Shown: in pieces, positions 22,701-34,100 of the stretch
Numbering within the stretch: the first letter of the stretch is position 1
Layout of the letters: each line of letters starts with the position of its first letter
NCBI RefSeq assembly: GCF_964355755.1
Contig: NC_092673.1
Coordinates: 36,019,648 to 36,083,647 of the forward strand
Reading direction: 5' to 3'
DNA length: 64,000 bases
From: Antedon mediterranea
Taxonomy: Eukaryota > Animalia > Echinodermata
Program-made: the position numbers and the translations under genes
Notes under the pieces: model-generated
Database searches by the model: none
What the model was told of the DNA's origin: nothing
The model's input: only the letters and a program-made list of their open reading frames with translations

Positions 22701-25700
22701 TCAGCTCATTCCCATGGTTTAATTTGTTGGCAGTCTGGACCACAGTTACCAGTTCATCCGAAAAATCTTTGAGACCAGCCCAGTCTCCTTGATGTATTGT
22801 AGGGCGTACCTGGAGCTGGTCCAATAACCCTTGAACGATTCTACTGGGATCACCAAAGGCCTTCTCCAACTGTTTCATGGTTTCCTTGTAAGTGTCATCT
22901 CCTAGCATGAGGTTACGGTCAGCCATTGCTAATGGTCGTCCGCCAAGGTGACTACGTAAATATGCAAACTTAGTTGCTTCGGGTAGCTGTAATTTCGCCT
23001 GACTCATCACACTATCCCATACTGATTTAAATGTCACATACTGCTTAACATCGTGTTCATCACAGAATTTTGGTATATTCAGTTTTGGTAAACCATCCCA
23101 AACTCTACTAATACCAAACACTGGGTTAATACTCTGGGTCGTTGGTTGGTATGTCGGTTGGTATGCCGGTACTCCAGGAGATGGATTGAATGATGATGCA
23201 GTAGAATTTAGTACCGGTATGTCAGTACAAAGTCCAGTATTCCGTACGTTACTTGTCGTAACGGCATGCATCTGATGTTGTGTAATATTTTGCACATCAT
23301 TCATAGGCACTGGCATATGCGGTATTGTACTTTGTGCATTACTAGTGAAACTGGACATCCAGGGTCTTGTACTCATTACATCAGTAACCATGGTAAACGT
23401 AGGTTTAGTGTTCGCCACCCCGTGTGGTGAGATGGTTTGTATGGGTGTGTACTGATTCATCATACTGTTTACCGCATAAGTTTGTTGAGTACACACTTTC
23501 GGTCTGGCTGCATTCTGTATTTCTGTCCGATTAATAATACTAGCACTGCTAGTAGTAGCAACAACGCTTTCACTGACCGGTACCGTAACAGTCCTTGTAA
23601 CGGGTTCTGGACTGCTTTCTGTAAGGTTGATGTCAGTTATTGTTGTGTCTGCCAGAAATTTCTTCACATGATCTTCGGACGTTTCGTTGGGAGATGTGGT
23701 TAACAATTCATTTAGGTCTTCATTTAGAACGGCGGTGAGTGTGTCCGCCTGTGCTCGTAGGGCCTGTGCCTTGCTCCTCGCCTTTAGTATATGTAACTCG
23801 GCTTCTTTAGATGCAATTTCCACTGCAGCCATGGCTTCTGTCTCGGCAGCAGCGGCATCTGCTAACACCGAGGCTCTATGGTTCGATGACCTCGACGATA
23901 GCTTTGATGATCGGCGACTGGAGCACGTGGATCGGTTAGACATACTTGTTTAGGCTAGGCTATATCAGTAGTAAAATGTGTGATAACTTACTTCTCAAGT
24001 AATCCGGCTCGAGGGACCAAATGTTCTGTTTGGGAGGTTGCTGGGTTTGTTTACTTGAATCTTTACTTGCAAATAAGTACCACACACGAATTGATTATAA
24101 CAACATCATTCATTTATTAAACAATAACAAACTTTACTGTGACGATACAATCGCCATTTTCAACAACAACGAAAATCCAACAACAGAGGGCGCTATGACC
24201 CTTTTTGGAATATGGCACTGTCTTAACACTAACCATTACTTCCGCACAGTGGATGAATGTTTTTAAATTTGACAATCTCAAGAGATTGAGGTGTGAAAGT
24301 GCAGTAGTACCAAACGTTCTAATACTAATTGTAGATACCGCTACATTTTACCGCACAATTACTGGTATTAAACAATACTGTTGTTTACTAATTCTTTCTT
24401 GTTCACAAAGTAAGGGTATTTGTATTGAACCTGTCTTTCTAACCATAAACAATTTGTATTCAACAGGGAAGAATTTTTAAAAAAGATTGAAAGAAGAATT
24501 CGTGAATACAAGATTGAGGAGATTTCACCTCCTAGACCTGGAAAGAAGCTACTTGTACTAGATATTGACTATACATTATTTGGTTAGTAGATCAACTAAT
24601 AATATGTATAGAACTTTGCATAATCCAGGTGCTATGTGGACTAGTCCTTGCCATGTTATGTCCAAGCAGCCATAAAGGCTTGTTTGAACCAGTATACTAA
24701 TGAAATCTTAATGGCATAAATACTCATGTTTAAAATGAGTGTGTTTGAAAAGGTTCTTATGTATGAATGTATGCTGTTGATTGTAGTCAATGTTTTGATA
24801 CTACACTTATTGAGAAATCACCTTTATACAGAATTATCCTTCCTTATCTTTGTAATGTAATTTAATACTATTAATTACTTACAATTGGCAACCAATTTTT
24901 GTATGTTTTAGATCACCGTTCAGTTGCAGAAACTGCTGTAGAGTTAATGCGTCCTTACCTTCATGAATTTCTGACGTCTGCATATGAACACTATGATATT
25001 GTTATTTGGTGTAAGTTTACAAAGAAAATACTTGTTTTACTCTTTTTTATATAACCTGTATGTTTGTTAGGTTTGATTTTATGAGTATTAAGTATAGTAT
25101 AGTGTGATTAAGTGGATGAGCAGTTAAGACAGTGGGTCCAGTTTACACATATGCACTAAAAGAATCTAGTACATCTTTCGAGATGAGTAAGGGGTTACCC
25201 CGGTGTACTAGTACATCAAAGCCACTAATCATAACTGAGCCCTCTGGGAGACCAGTCTTTGACTGAAGAGGTCACCCAATATAAATAAATAATAATAAAT
25301 AAAAAAATATATAAATATTATAGTATAGTATTTTTTTTTATTGTTCCAGTTATTAGCTACACACTATAGGATGATGTTAAAGTCAAATTATAAAACAAAT
25401 TGTTATTATTTTTAGCTGCAACTGGCATGAAATGGATACAGGCTAAGATGCAAGAGTTGGGTGTATCCAAGAATACAAATTACAAGATTACTTTCTATGT
25501 TGATAGCGGCGCTATGATTACAGTACATACTCCTAAATATGGTGTAGTAGAAGTAAGATTTTTAAAGCTCTGTCTACACTATCAAACTTTATGTGACAAA
25601 AAAATATATGTGCACATCATCACTACTATATTTGGTCATATCAAACTTTTTTGTCACATAAAGTTTGATAGTGTATTATCTATCTTTGTACACTTCTACA

Positions 25701-26660
25701 GTTACTAGTATTATCTGCACCTCAGTAATACGGGTATCTTAGCAGATATACATAGTAGTTGTAGTTATAATTTTAATCATAGTGTTGTCTTTAAACAAAT
25801 TATTTATTAGCAATATTTACAGTTTGAAGTTAAAAATAATTTTCTTTTATAAATTGAAAGATAACTTTCATAAAACAAAATTTTATTGGCTTCAAAACAA
25901 AAATTTCAAATCATTTAAAATCTTATTCCTTTCGGTCAAATTTTCTTCTTTTACAACCCACATGGTAATGAATCATCACATAACAAATATTCTTAAACAT
26001 TTATGAAAACATGTTGTTGTATCATTGTTTTACTTTTAATCATTTTAGGTGAAACCATTAGGTGTCATTTGGGGGAAATATAAACAATACAACAGTAACA
26101 ATACAATTATGTTTGATGATATCAGACGCAATTTTCTAATGAATCCACAAAATGGTCTTAAGGTAAGATAATGCTGACATATTTTGTCAGTGTGTCTTTA
26201 ATACAATTTTATTTTATTGTAGAGTATAAAGATTCTGTTCCAATAATTAGGCGGAGAGCCAATCAGACACCCCCCCCCCCCACCCTCCCTAACATTTAAC
26301 AGCCATGTTTTTTTAAAATAAAATATTGACTGTTTCTATTTTTCTGCAACCCGGCGGATCATTTTTATAATTTATAAAAGATTTAGCCCCCCCCCCCCCC
26401 CCCCACTCTATAATGCTGGATCCGCCCCTGTTTGTTGGAAGTAACAGTATTATTCAGTAGTACTAAATGGTTTTCTTCCAATTTCGTTTCAGATACGACC
26501 ATTCCGACAGGCTCACCTGAATCGAGATTCTGACAGAGAATTGATTAGGTTGTCACGCTATCTTAGAGACATTGCAGCGTTAGATGATTTGAGTTCCTTG
26601 AATCACAGGAATTGGGAGAAATACAGCTTGAAAAGGCATCATGAGGATGGGCCTGAATGA
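16743..26660 (+). CDS. UBLCP1: Ubiquitin-like domain-containing CTD phosphatase 1; exons 16743-16905, 17498-17675, 24467-24582, 24912-25010, 25416-25552, 26049-26162, 26493-26660
   Basis: N-terminal UBL domain (IKWNGQE...[14 protein letters not shown]), HAD motif [54 protein letters not shown]. All introns GT-AG and in phase. Confidence 0.95.
17804..18010 (-). repeat. 3' LTR of the BEL/Pao element
   Basis: Direct repeat of 24022-24228. Confidence 0.95.
18168..21989 (-). CDS. BEL/Pao pol (protease C-terminal part, RT, RNase H, integrase)
   Basis: [42 protein letters not shown] zinc finger, D-D-E core (GMDCFGP / SDCGTNF / GLWEREV), C-terminal RPVAKL. Confidence 0.93.
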   Translation of the reverse strand: MNWALMVRKSIKVKTVTGDTDWKGKCVDFTLSPREEPDQTFNIKCAFAATKVQLGDYTVSAERLQSKWPHLRGLPLFTAEKVQPTILIGADNIECTLSLETRRGPKTGSPVAVKTLFGWTVQGKQGLQTQGKLLGHPQMMYTSTQPEHKLHQLMERFMAVDVLHHVNPKESVRSKNDKFAIQTLENGTKQVEVQGVQRLQTPLLWKPGYRPPSSTPRCVQSLALSTQRKISRKPELVDFCRSYINKLKTNGSIRVIGPVDTLSPEQQLGWYIPCHVVHSSGKYRLVFNCSFEYDGQNLNDELLAGPTPSPALLDVLLRFRQGRVGVSGDITAMFHQVRLAPEDRRMLRFLWWDDEMDTWLVMEWLVLPFGAACSPCCATFALQKVANDRKDRYPIVKDTIENETYVDNQLASRNTISEAKELVDKTRECLNEAGFQMVKYASSHRDVVEHLTTDVQSGHQLQSLSLSQINGEPEPALGLYWDCHSDELYHPAKSPDNRKLTKRNALRVLASQFEPLGDIAPFTSRAKTIVQELWSTKLDWDEEVKDPDIRQRWEEWCDELEKVPSIRIQRCYTPSNMSSTIVKRTLHVFCDASEKLYGAVAYLRSMDSDGSVHMSFVLAKCRVAPKRLTSIPRLELLGALLGAQLAQTITNALTLDVENINMWSDSTTVLTWIQSDSCRFKVFVGTRIAEIQTLTSDSVWRYVRTDENPADDITRGLSGTELGKGSRWTDGPSWLLEAEDTWQSHSASVLARTRISSLNSSVDTNEIKKSLFCGVTLATPVQNIDLEEFPTWPELVQALGEKLNAVDGQDSVVLTAEQVCDAEYQLLQRAQQESFKEEIATLKTQKEIPKSSRLLELSPELDETTNLIRVGGRLRKMDNKTSVEPHPIVPSSHPVTKLLIQDADNHFSHQAGTEQVFAYLRRRFWILRGRTSVKGILRKCSDCKRWRQKPLIPRMADLPESRLRVNKPPFYSTGMDCFGPIAVKVRRSQEKRWGLVFQCMTTRAVHLELLESLDVDHFLMAYRRFASRRGVPYELRSDCGTNFKGAEKEIETALKAMEPELTSRLAKFKVRFCFNPPSAPHFGGLWEREVRSIKCALKGVLRDRVVPDVVLRTVLTEVEGIMNSKPLGYASSEIADIDPVTPNMLLMGRRDPALPMVVYDESELKGRRNWRHSQVLADQFWRQFIRSYLPTLQRRQKWQKEVENLEVGDVVMIVDPQLSRSQWPVGVVSALYPSSDNRVRVVDVRVNKKAYRRPVAKLVKLMKCDDQVEESSP
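21949..23943 (-). CDS. BEL/Pao gag plus protease N-terminus
   Basis: DUF1759-like region (KFAYLRSHL), three Cys/His knuckles (CLYC..H, CKKC..H, CKEC..H), protease-like LDECAERT. Confidence 0.88.
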   Translation of the reverse strand: MSNRSTCSSRRSSKLSSRSSNHRASVLADAAAAETEAMAAVEIASKEAELHILKARSKAQALRAQADTLTAVLNEDLNELLTTSPNETSEDHVKKFLADTTITDINLTESSPEPVTRTVTVPVSESVVATTSSASIINRTEIQNAARPKVCTQQTYAVNSMMNQYTPIQTISPHGVANTKPTFTMVTDVMSTRPWMSSFTSNAQSTIPHMPVPMNDVQNITQHQMHAVTTSNVRNTGLCTDIPVLNSTASSFNPSPGVPAYQPTYQPTTQSINPVFGISRVWDGLPKLNIPKFCDEHDVKQYVTFKSVWDSVMSQAKLQLPEATKFAYLRSHLGGRPLAMADRNLMLGDDTYKETMKQLEKAFGDPSRIVQGLLDQLQVRPTIHQGDWAGLKDFSDELVTVVQTANKLNHGNELNHHRYAADLTKKPPDRLHDEFLFKMWKQEKGMIYTVQNLSTWLEEKTGPAGLILLEKMSHGTGDQKPYATAKQQKKREQPPATKAYITQSSSKAKKRVTCLYCDVDESGHYLETCGNFSKISYADKIKWLETTNRCKKCAKKHDGVCPFPKRCKECKKDHRSSLHKVIAPAPGPAPVEPVPNPTQLCTGMGLTAKLDYHDVLIKVVPLTIYGAKGLVNTYGVLDECAERTMVSERLINELGINGEEVNQS
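24022..24228 (-). repeat. 5' LTR of the BEL/Pao element
   Basis: Direct repeat of 17804-18010, adjacent to the PBS. Confidence 0.95.
25102..25310 (+). mobile_element. SINE remnant with a Nin/Deu-like central domain
   Basis: A-box-like head; core GCACTAAAAGAATC...GAGTAAGGGGTTACCCCGGTG resembles the Nin domain as recalled; A-rich tail. Confidence 0.55.
25566..25675. mobile_element. MITE, AGCTCTGTCTACACTATCAAACT family (copy 2)
   Basis: TTAA plus left TIR; partial right TIR AAAGTTTGATAGTGTA. Confidence 0.7.
26249..26430. mobile_element. Degenerate MITE of the CAGGGGCGGATCCAG-ended family
   Basis: Ends CTGGATCCGCCCCTG; body homologous to 35151-35296. Confidence 0.55.
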
Positions 26661-27262
26661 GGTAGGTAGCCTGTCATTTTAGGAACACAGGATATTGCTA
26701 TTCATTTAATCTATTTCCATTTGTTAAACTTCTTTTAAACACAGGTAATGAATTAATAAATAAAACAAGAGCCAAAACAAAGTTTTAGTTGGAATAATGA
26801 TTTTATTTTTTCATTTTGAATTTACATTAAAATGTTTCTGACAATGAGCACTGTATTCCACTAGCACCATCTACCAATATTAGTCTATTTATTTCATGGA
26901 TACTATATCTGATAATAATATTAATAAACAATAATATTAGATCATTTAAGTGTGACCTTTTTAAATAAATCAACTTTTTTTATTTTGAACATTTTCAATA
27001 AATCATTTTAACTTACAACCATGCATAAATGTAGAGGTTTTACATAAATTATATTATTTTCTGGGTTATAAGTATTATTTAATTACGGTATTTACATTAT
27101 TTACAAATATTACATAATTTAGTGTAAATAACAATAGAATATATACATTCAAGATTATTTTTGTTCTTATTCAAGGTATATATTTACATTATTTAAACAT
27201 TTTAAATTAGAATTATATTACAATATTATCAAGAAAAATAAAATAGTGATCCATTATCATGG

Positions 27263-27414
27263 CATTATTCAGTTTATAGAATTCAATCATTTATGTTCTA
27301 GGATAGATAATGTCAGGTTGATCTTATTAATACTTAATACATTATTCAGTTTATAGAATTCAATCATTTATGTTAGGATAGATAATGTCAGGTTGATCTT
27401 ATTAATACTTAATA
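27263..27414. repeat. About 77-bp tandem duplication
   Basis: CATTATTCAGTTTATAGAATTC...TACTTAATA present twice. Confidence 0.9.
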
Positions 27415-27548
27415 TAACTTTAATAGTATACATTTTACTTTATATTAATTATTAATCTTATTATCTGGTCTGGCCAGAACTAGACTATTATCAGTGCCCT
27501 GCACATCATAACGTAATTTGTGTCAAACTACCTTATTACTATGAGACC

Positions 27549-28154
27549 CATTTGGGAGTTTCTCAATTCAGATTATGACCTATGACCTAGGTAAATGTAA
27601 AAACGTGTGCATTTGGGAGTTCTCAATTGAGACTATGACCTATGACCTAGGTAATGTAAAAACATGTGCATTTGGGAGTTTCTCAATTCAGACTATGACC
27701 TATGACCTAGGTAATGTAAAAATGTGTGCATTTGGGAGTTTCTCAATTCAGACTATGACCTATGACCTAGGTAGTGTAAAACGTGTTCATTTGAGAGTTC
27801 TCAATTGAGACTATGACCTATGACCTAAGTAATGTAAAACGTGTGCATTTGAGAGTTTCTCAATTGAGACTATGACCTATGACCTAGGTAATGTAAAATG
27901 TGTGCATTTGGGAGTTTCTCAATTCAGACTATGACCTATGACCTAGGTAATGTAAAATGTGTGCATTTGAGAGTTTCTCAATTCAGACTATGACCTAGGT
28001 AGTGTAAAACGTGTGCATTTGGGAGTTTCTCAATTCAGACTACAACCTATGACCTAGGTAATGTAAAACGTGTGCATTTGAGAGTTTCTCAATTCAGACT
28101 ATGACCTATGACCTAGGTAATGTAAAAACGTGTGCATTTGGGAGTTTCTCAATT
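27549..28154. repeat. About 59-bp tandem array, about 10 copies, made of the last codons and stop of the PH-PDZ gene
   Basis: On the minus strand the unit reads IEKLPNAHVFTLPRS* in the first, coding copy. Confidence 0.92.
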
Positions 28155-31100
28155 CTTGTCTTAAGCTCTTTCACAAAGTCTGATGGTTGCAAAGTAAGAG
28201 TGAGTTCTAAGTTTGTGATTTCTGCGAGCTTCTTGTTGATTTGGTCTTTGCCTATTCCAGTCAAACGAAACCAATTAAAATTAATTTCGGTTATGCACCA
28301 ATTACAAAGTCTGCTGTTTGAGACACAGTTCGTGTTGGGCGTTACACCACATTCAAATGCTGGACCGCTTGGAGATACACTTTTAACCTGAAATTAAAGT
28401 ACTGTAACATTAACATTTGATACCATATGAATTGTATACATTATTTACTTTCATTTTTAAAGACAAAGCAGATAATCTGTTGTTGTTACAGAATTCTGTA
28501 ACAATCTTAAACACATTAGTGTACATACCTCATTTTGTAGGCATTTTATTCCCCATTCTCTGCTTTGACTTGACCTTTTTACTGTTACAATTTTAGCATG
28601 GGGTAGACGTTTGATATAAAGTGTCACCTAAAGAAAGAAAACATTTTGATTAGGACTAAGAATAAATTTATTTTTTCAGTAAAAATATGATGCAGATTAG
28701 TAATAATGCTGTATACTATGATAATTTCTTTTCCTTTCAGTGAAGTTTGTTTTAATGTAGCTGTATGTTACCGGTCCATCATCTCTCGTACAAATATGTT
28801 TCGTAAAAGCTTTTATCCAGCTGCCATTCAGGCACTGAATGCTTTTCAGTATACCATACGAGAGTGATGTGACACTTTGTAATTGTTTTTTAGTTTTTCA
28901 TTTTTCTGTTTATGTATATCGCACTCAGAGCAAACATAATTTCTATGTATATTTTATACAAATGACAATAAATGGAAGTAATTTTTCTCGGTTGAATGAA
29001 TGAATGAATGAATGAATAAATGTAAATATTTATTAAACCTTGATGATTCTTATTTACAGTGGAAAATATTTGTTTAGAATCTGTTGCAATACTTAAGAGA
29101 TTATTGCATGTTGATTTAATCCAAAACTTCCTACTAAATGCCGTGTGAGATGTCCTTGTGTTATGACAAATGACGAAATGACCAATTGCAACAATACCGG
29201 AATTTGATTGCTTGTAAAATATTAATAGTTTAAGTAGTAAAAATTAAGCCGAGGATAGGAAGAAGAAATATGGAAGGATAAATATTTTAGACATTATTTA
29301 TCTACTGTATGACTGAATAAAATTATTTGTGAATAGTTTTTAAATCGAAATCATTCTATTTCCAAAAGCAAAAACTACATTTAAAAAAATTAAATCAATG
29401 ATTATTATTAGTTAATAGAATATAAGAATGTCAATGTTAAATTATTATTTGTACATTTGACAAAAACCACAATGTCAAGGATTTCATACAGTACTTTACA
29501 CAAGGCTATATGACTTAATTTTGTTTTGAAAATATAATGATGTCATTATTATTGTTAATCCCAGAATATTTACCTCTTCTTTGGCTGAAGTTCTTATCAT
29601 ATCTTGTGCTGTTTTAGGATCTACTACTATTTGGTCGTTTATTCTCCATAAATGGTCACCAATGTGCAGTTTGTCTAAGGCACTTCTCTCTTTTGAGCTT
29701 CGTTTTCCAGCAATCCTAAATAAAAAGTATCTAAATATTTAAAAACTATAACTGAAAATGACTGTAGTTTAGTTTTTAAATTAGTTTTTCTGTAGTAGTT
29801 TCAGCAGTTTGTACAGTTTATCTCAAAGCACTCTGATCTTTACGAAATAGTGCTATATATACCGTGGCATTATTATTATTTATTGTGGAACATGAAACCA
29901 TAACAAATTGTGAAAATGTATTGTTTTAAAATTGAAGTTGTTACTACTTACCAGATATAATCGTTAAATTTAACAAGAGCTAGTTTATCAATAAGATCAC
30001 TTTTGCGAATTGGTATAGGAATACCATCTTCTTTTGTTTTTTCCCAGAGAATTGTACTGAAATAGACAATGTAATAATAGACAATGTAATAATAGACAAT
30101 GTAATAATAGACAATGTAATAATAGACAATGTAATAATAGACAATGTAATAATAGACAATGTAATAATAGACAATGTAATAATAGACAATGTAATAATAG
30201 ACAATGTAATAATAGACAATGTAATAATAGACAATGTAATAATAGACAATGTAATAATAGACAATGTAATAATAGACAATGTAATAATACACAATGTAAT
30301 AATACACAATGTAATAATAGACAATGTAATAATAGACAATGTAATAATAGACAATGTAATAATAGACAATGTAATAATAGACAATGTAATAATAGACAAT
30401 GTAATAATAGACAATGTAATAATAGACAATGTAATAATAGACAATGTAATAATAGACAATGTAATAATAGACAATGTAATAATAGACAATGTAATAATAG
30501 ACAATGTAATAATAGACAATGTAATAATAGACAATGTAATAACAATTAAACACTGTGATACTGTAAATACTTGTGCAGATAAATCTGTTAAATTAAAGTT
30601 AAAATAAAACCAATAAACATATTTAAAAACGTAGTTGTATTATTAACTTTGATTGATTAATTTAGGAATATGTAAATGATTTGTTTTTCTTATTTTTATA
30701 CTTACTCCATAGTTCTGCTAATTTTTTCAACATCCATTCCTTCAGGTCTGGGAGGGAGCGGTCTATCAGTCACATCTATCGTTGAGTTGTCTGCCCTCAT
30801 ACTTTGTGAATCTGTAAACGTCTGTGGTGACGTCCTATCAATTCCGATTCTTCGTGTTCGAGGCATCTTCCTCGGCTGTGTTGGCGACTGATGCTTTTGA
30901 CGACCAAAGACATGTGCAGGTTGCGGATTCGATATTTTCCTTCGTTCTAAAAATGGAGATGAGGGCGGTGTTGGTGTGGACATTTTACGTGGAAAATCCT
31001 GTTCGTATAATATTCGCCTGGGACGAAAGACTTCCGGTTTTGGTGATTCTGGAGGAGATTCAGGAAAGAAGTATCTGGTTGGAGAACGAGGGGATATTTT

Positions 31101-34100
31101 TAATGGTGATTTTTGTTTGACTGTAAGAAAAGAGGAAATGGGTAAAGAGTTTGGAGGAGTTGGTACTCTGTCCATAGATGCATAAGCTGCATTGAAATCT
31201 TTGGCTACTAATCCATCATGCCGTCTGTCCATTGTCCTAGAGTTTGGAGAGATGCTTCTTCCATTTGCAAGTTCAGGCATTGCAAGTCTGTCTGTAAAAT
31301 CTCGTCTTGGTGGAAGAGATGGAGGAATGAGTTCACCATGTCTTGGAGGCATTGACGATGTGTTATCCATGAATGTATTGATCTCTGCAAGTTGGCTAGT
31401 GGAACTAGATCTTCTGAGTCTTAACCGACCTGCTGGTGGTGGTTCTGGAAGGTCATCATCCTCATCATCACTTTTATGGAGCACTAATATTTGTTTCTTG
31501 GGTCGTGGCGGCGTTGGTGGCGGTATAGACGGCATTGAAGTTGAACTTATTAAAGGCCAACCTCCTACTGATGATATATTGGTTTGGCTCGTTGACTTCA
31601 GAGGAAGGTCAGGCGATTTCAAGGGATTGTAACCGGTTTGGATTTGTTCAGTTTGTCTTTGGTTTGCTCGTTCGTGAAGTTGCCGCGACACTTCTGCCAA
31701 CGTTGAGTATTGATCTCGTTCACGACATAGTACTTCCCTGTGGGTCTCCTGCGCTCGGAAATGTTCTTGGTAATTTGATACTTGATGAATGTTCATGTAG
31801 CCTGGCATTTGTTGTTCTGGAAAATTTAAACAAATTTACATTTTATCGATAAATTAATGTATGATTTTAAAATATGTATTGACATTATACAGTACCATGA
31901 ATAGAAAATTATACACTTATAAAGTTGTATTAGATGGAAAATTAAAGTTAACAACTAAAGAATTTATAATACTTAGTTTAGAGATTTATTTGTCCATTGT
32001 TTCAAAGCAAGTAATTAAAAAAAATTTCAATTCGCAATTAACAGCGGTAAGGCCGCCATTTACATACTGGAATACATCAAAACACAAAGACAAAAGAACA
32101 TCGACAACGTCCTCAAGAACCAATTACAAACAATTCTTAATTTTTGGATTTAAATAAAGATAAGACATACCACATTCAATATGGTTTCTGTCGCAGCATT
32201 TGCACTTCTTTTCATCGACGTCGTCTTCAGTGGTGAAATCTGGTGATGCTGTCTCTGCTCTTGATAAAGATGGAGAAGTTGAACTAGAACTTGCTGTTTC
32301 ATCCTCTTGTGATACATTTGGAATTAAATATTCTGCATCGTCATCAGCCTACAAATGTAACCAATCAAAAGTATTCTAGTTGTCATTTGAGTATATTAAC
32401 TTGACATTAAACTAAAACATTTATTATAAAACTAATTTCACCTTAAGCTGTCTTTAATATCAAACTAGTTTGACAAAAAAGTGTGATGTGCCCAAGTATG
32501 GTAGTGATATTCCCAAATATGGAAGGGATATGACATTATCATGTCCATATATGGGCACATCACATTTTGTTGTCACATAAAGTTTGATAGTGTAGACAGA
32601 GCTTTAAACATCTAGACAACTTGTTTAACCTTAGAAGATTGCTTATGATTTGTGGAAAAAATTGTACAGTAGTATTTAGATATGTTTTTATCGTATATGT
32701 TTTCCCTTTGTAGATAATAAAGTAATGAACCAGGTATTACACTATGATGAATAAAGCAAAGAATAAAAAGACGTACCTGTCCACTCACTGTGTCTATTGT
32801 TGCGTTCTCATCTATAACATCAATTGTCTTCTTTTTTAAGGGATGAAACGTGTCCTCCATTGCTGCTGGAGACGATTTCCTCTCATTTCTTTTTATTTTT
32901 GTTGTGACTGGTGTAGGAACACTCTGTGTGCGATGTATAGTTGGGTCTGGGTCCCCTACTTCTGTTTTGTGACCCAAATCAGCTATTATTCTATTCAAAC
33001 TTGTATACCATTGCTGTGCTATTTTCCTATTGGGATAGACAAAATCACTTAATAAGACAATTTTTTTTTTAATGAAAACAAAGAACTTATAACACAAGAA
33101 TCTGCTTTTCTTCAATTTTCATTAAAAACATAGTATTGGAAGTACAGAGTTTCACAGCATGGAGCAGCGCCCCTCCAAACTAGGAAGTTTTTGTCAAACT
33201 TACATGAATGTGCTGCTATCAACAGCATTTATTTGTCCAATATAAAATATCGCATATTTGCTTTCTGTACACTACATATCATATCATATAACATATTACA
33301 AAAATTGACAGATAAATCACTCACTTAGAATCTGCTTGTAAATATAATGCCATATCTTTCCTCATAAGTACACACAGAATGTTTTCATATTTGTGTTTAT
33401 GTATCTCAATGTGATCAAATAGGTGGAGCTTTGTAGATCTTAGTAATGGTACGGTGTCCACTGCATGTTTTGGTTTCTCTGCTGCAAAGTCCTTGTCATC
33501 TTTGTATTCGTAGATTGTTGCAAATTCGTTTTCTTTGTAACGAAGTACATAGAATTTCTTGTGTTTTTTCTAAAAGAAAGATAAATTGTTTTTGTGCCTT
33601 TATTATTTTGATTGAATTATAAATACTTCTTTTTCTGAATTTTTATTTAAAGAAAAGAAAATTGATATATGGTCTGATGTGTAAACTCAATTCAATTGAA
33701 AATATTTTTTTATTATTATACTGTAGGCAATGTCTTATATAAGTCAAAGATGTCTCAACCATTATTATAGGCAATGTCTTATATAAGTCAAAGATGTCTC
33801 AACCATTATTATAGGCAATGTCTTATATAAGTCAAAGATGTCTCAACCATTATTATAGGCAATGTCTTATAGGCAATGTCTTATATAAGTCAAAGATGTC
33901 TCAACCATTATTATAGGCAATGTCTTATACAGTCGAAGATGTCTCAACCATTATTATAGGCAATGTCTTATATAAGTCAAAGATGTCTCAACCATTATTA
34001 TAGGCAATGTCTTATATAAGTCAAAGATGTCTCAACCATTATTATAGGCAATGTCTTATATAAGTCAAAGATGTCTCAACCATTATTATAGGCAATGTCT

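Larger units (their letters stand above)
17804..24228 (-). mobile_element. Full-length BEL/Pao LTR retrotransposon in UBLCP1 intron 2, antisense to the host gene
   Basis: 207-bp TG...CA LTRs with one visible difference; 5-bp TSD CTAAC; PBS TGGTCCCTCGAGCCGGATT (tRNA-Tyr-like 3' end) at 24019-24001; polypurine tract at ~18020-18011. Confidence 0.95.

Noticed and set aside
24001-24019. tRNA-Tyr-like 3' sequence as a tRNA gene
   Set aside because: Only 19 nt, adjacent to the LTR; it is the retrotransposon primer-binding site.
29038-29210. Possible extra exon of the PH-PDZ gene
   Set aside because: Stops in the plausible frames, and the flanking exons already join in phase 0.
29948-30553. Three long ORFs (poly-YYYIV, SIITL, LLHCL)
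   Set aside because: Translations of a stop-free 15-bp satellite; only 30056-29952 is a real exon.
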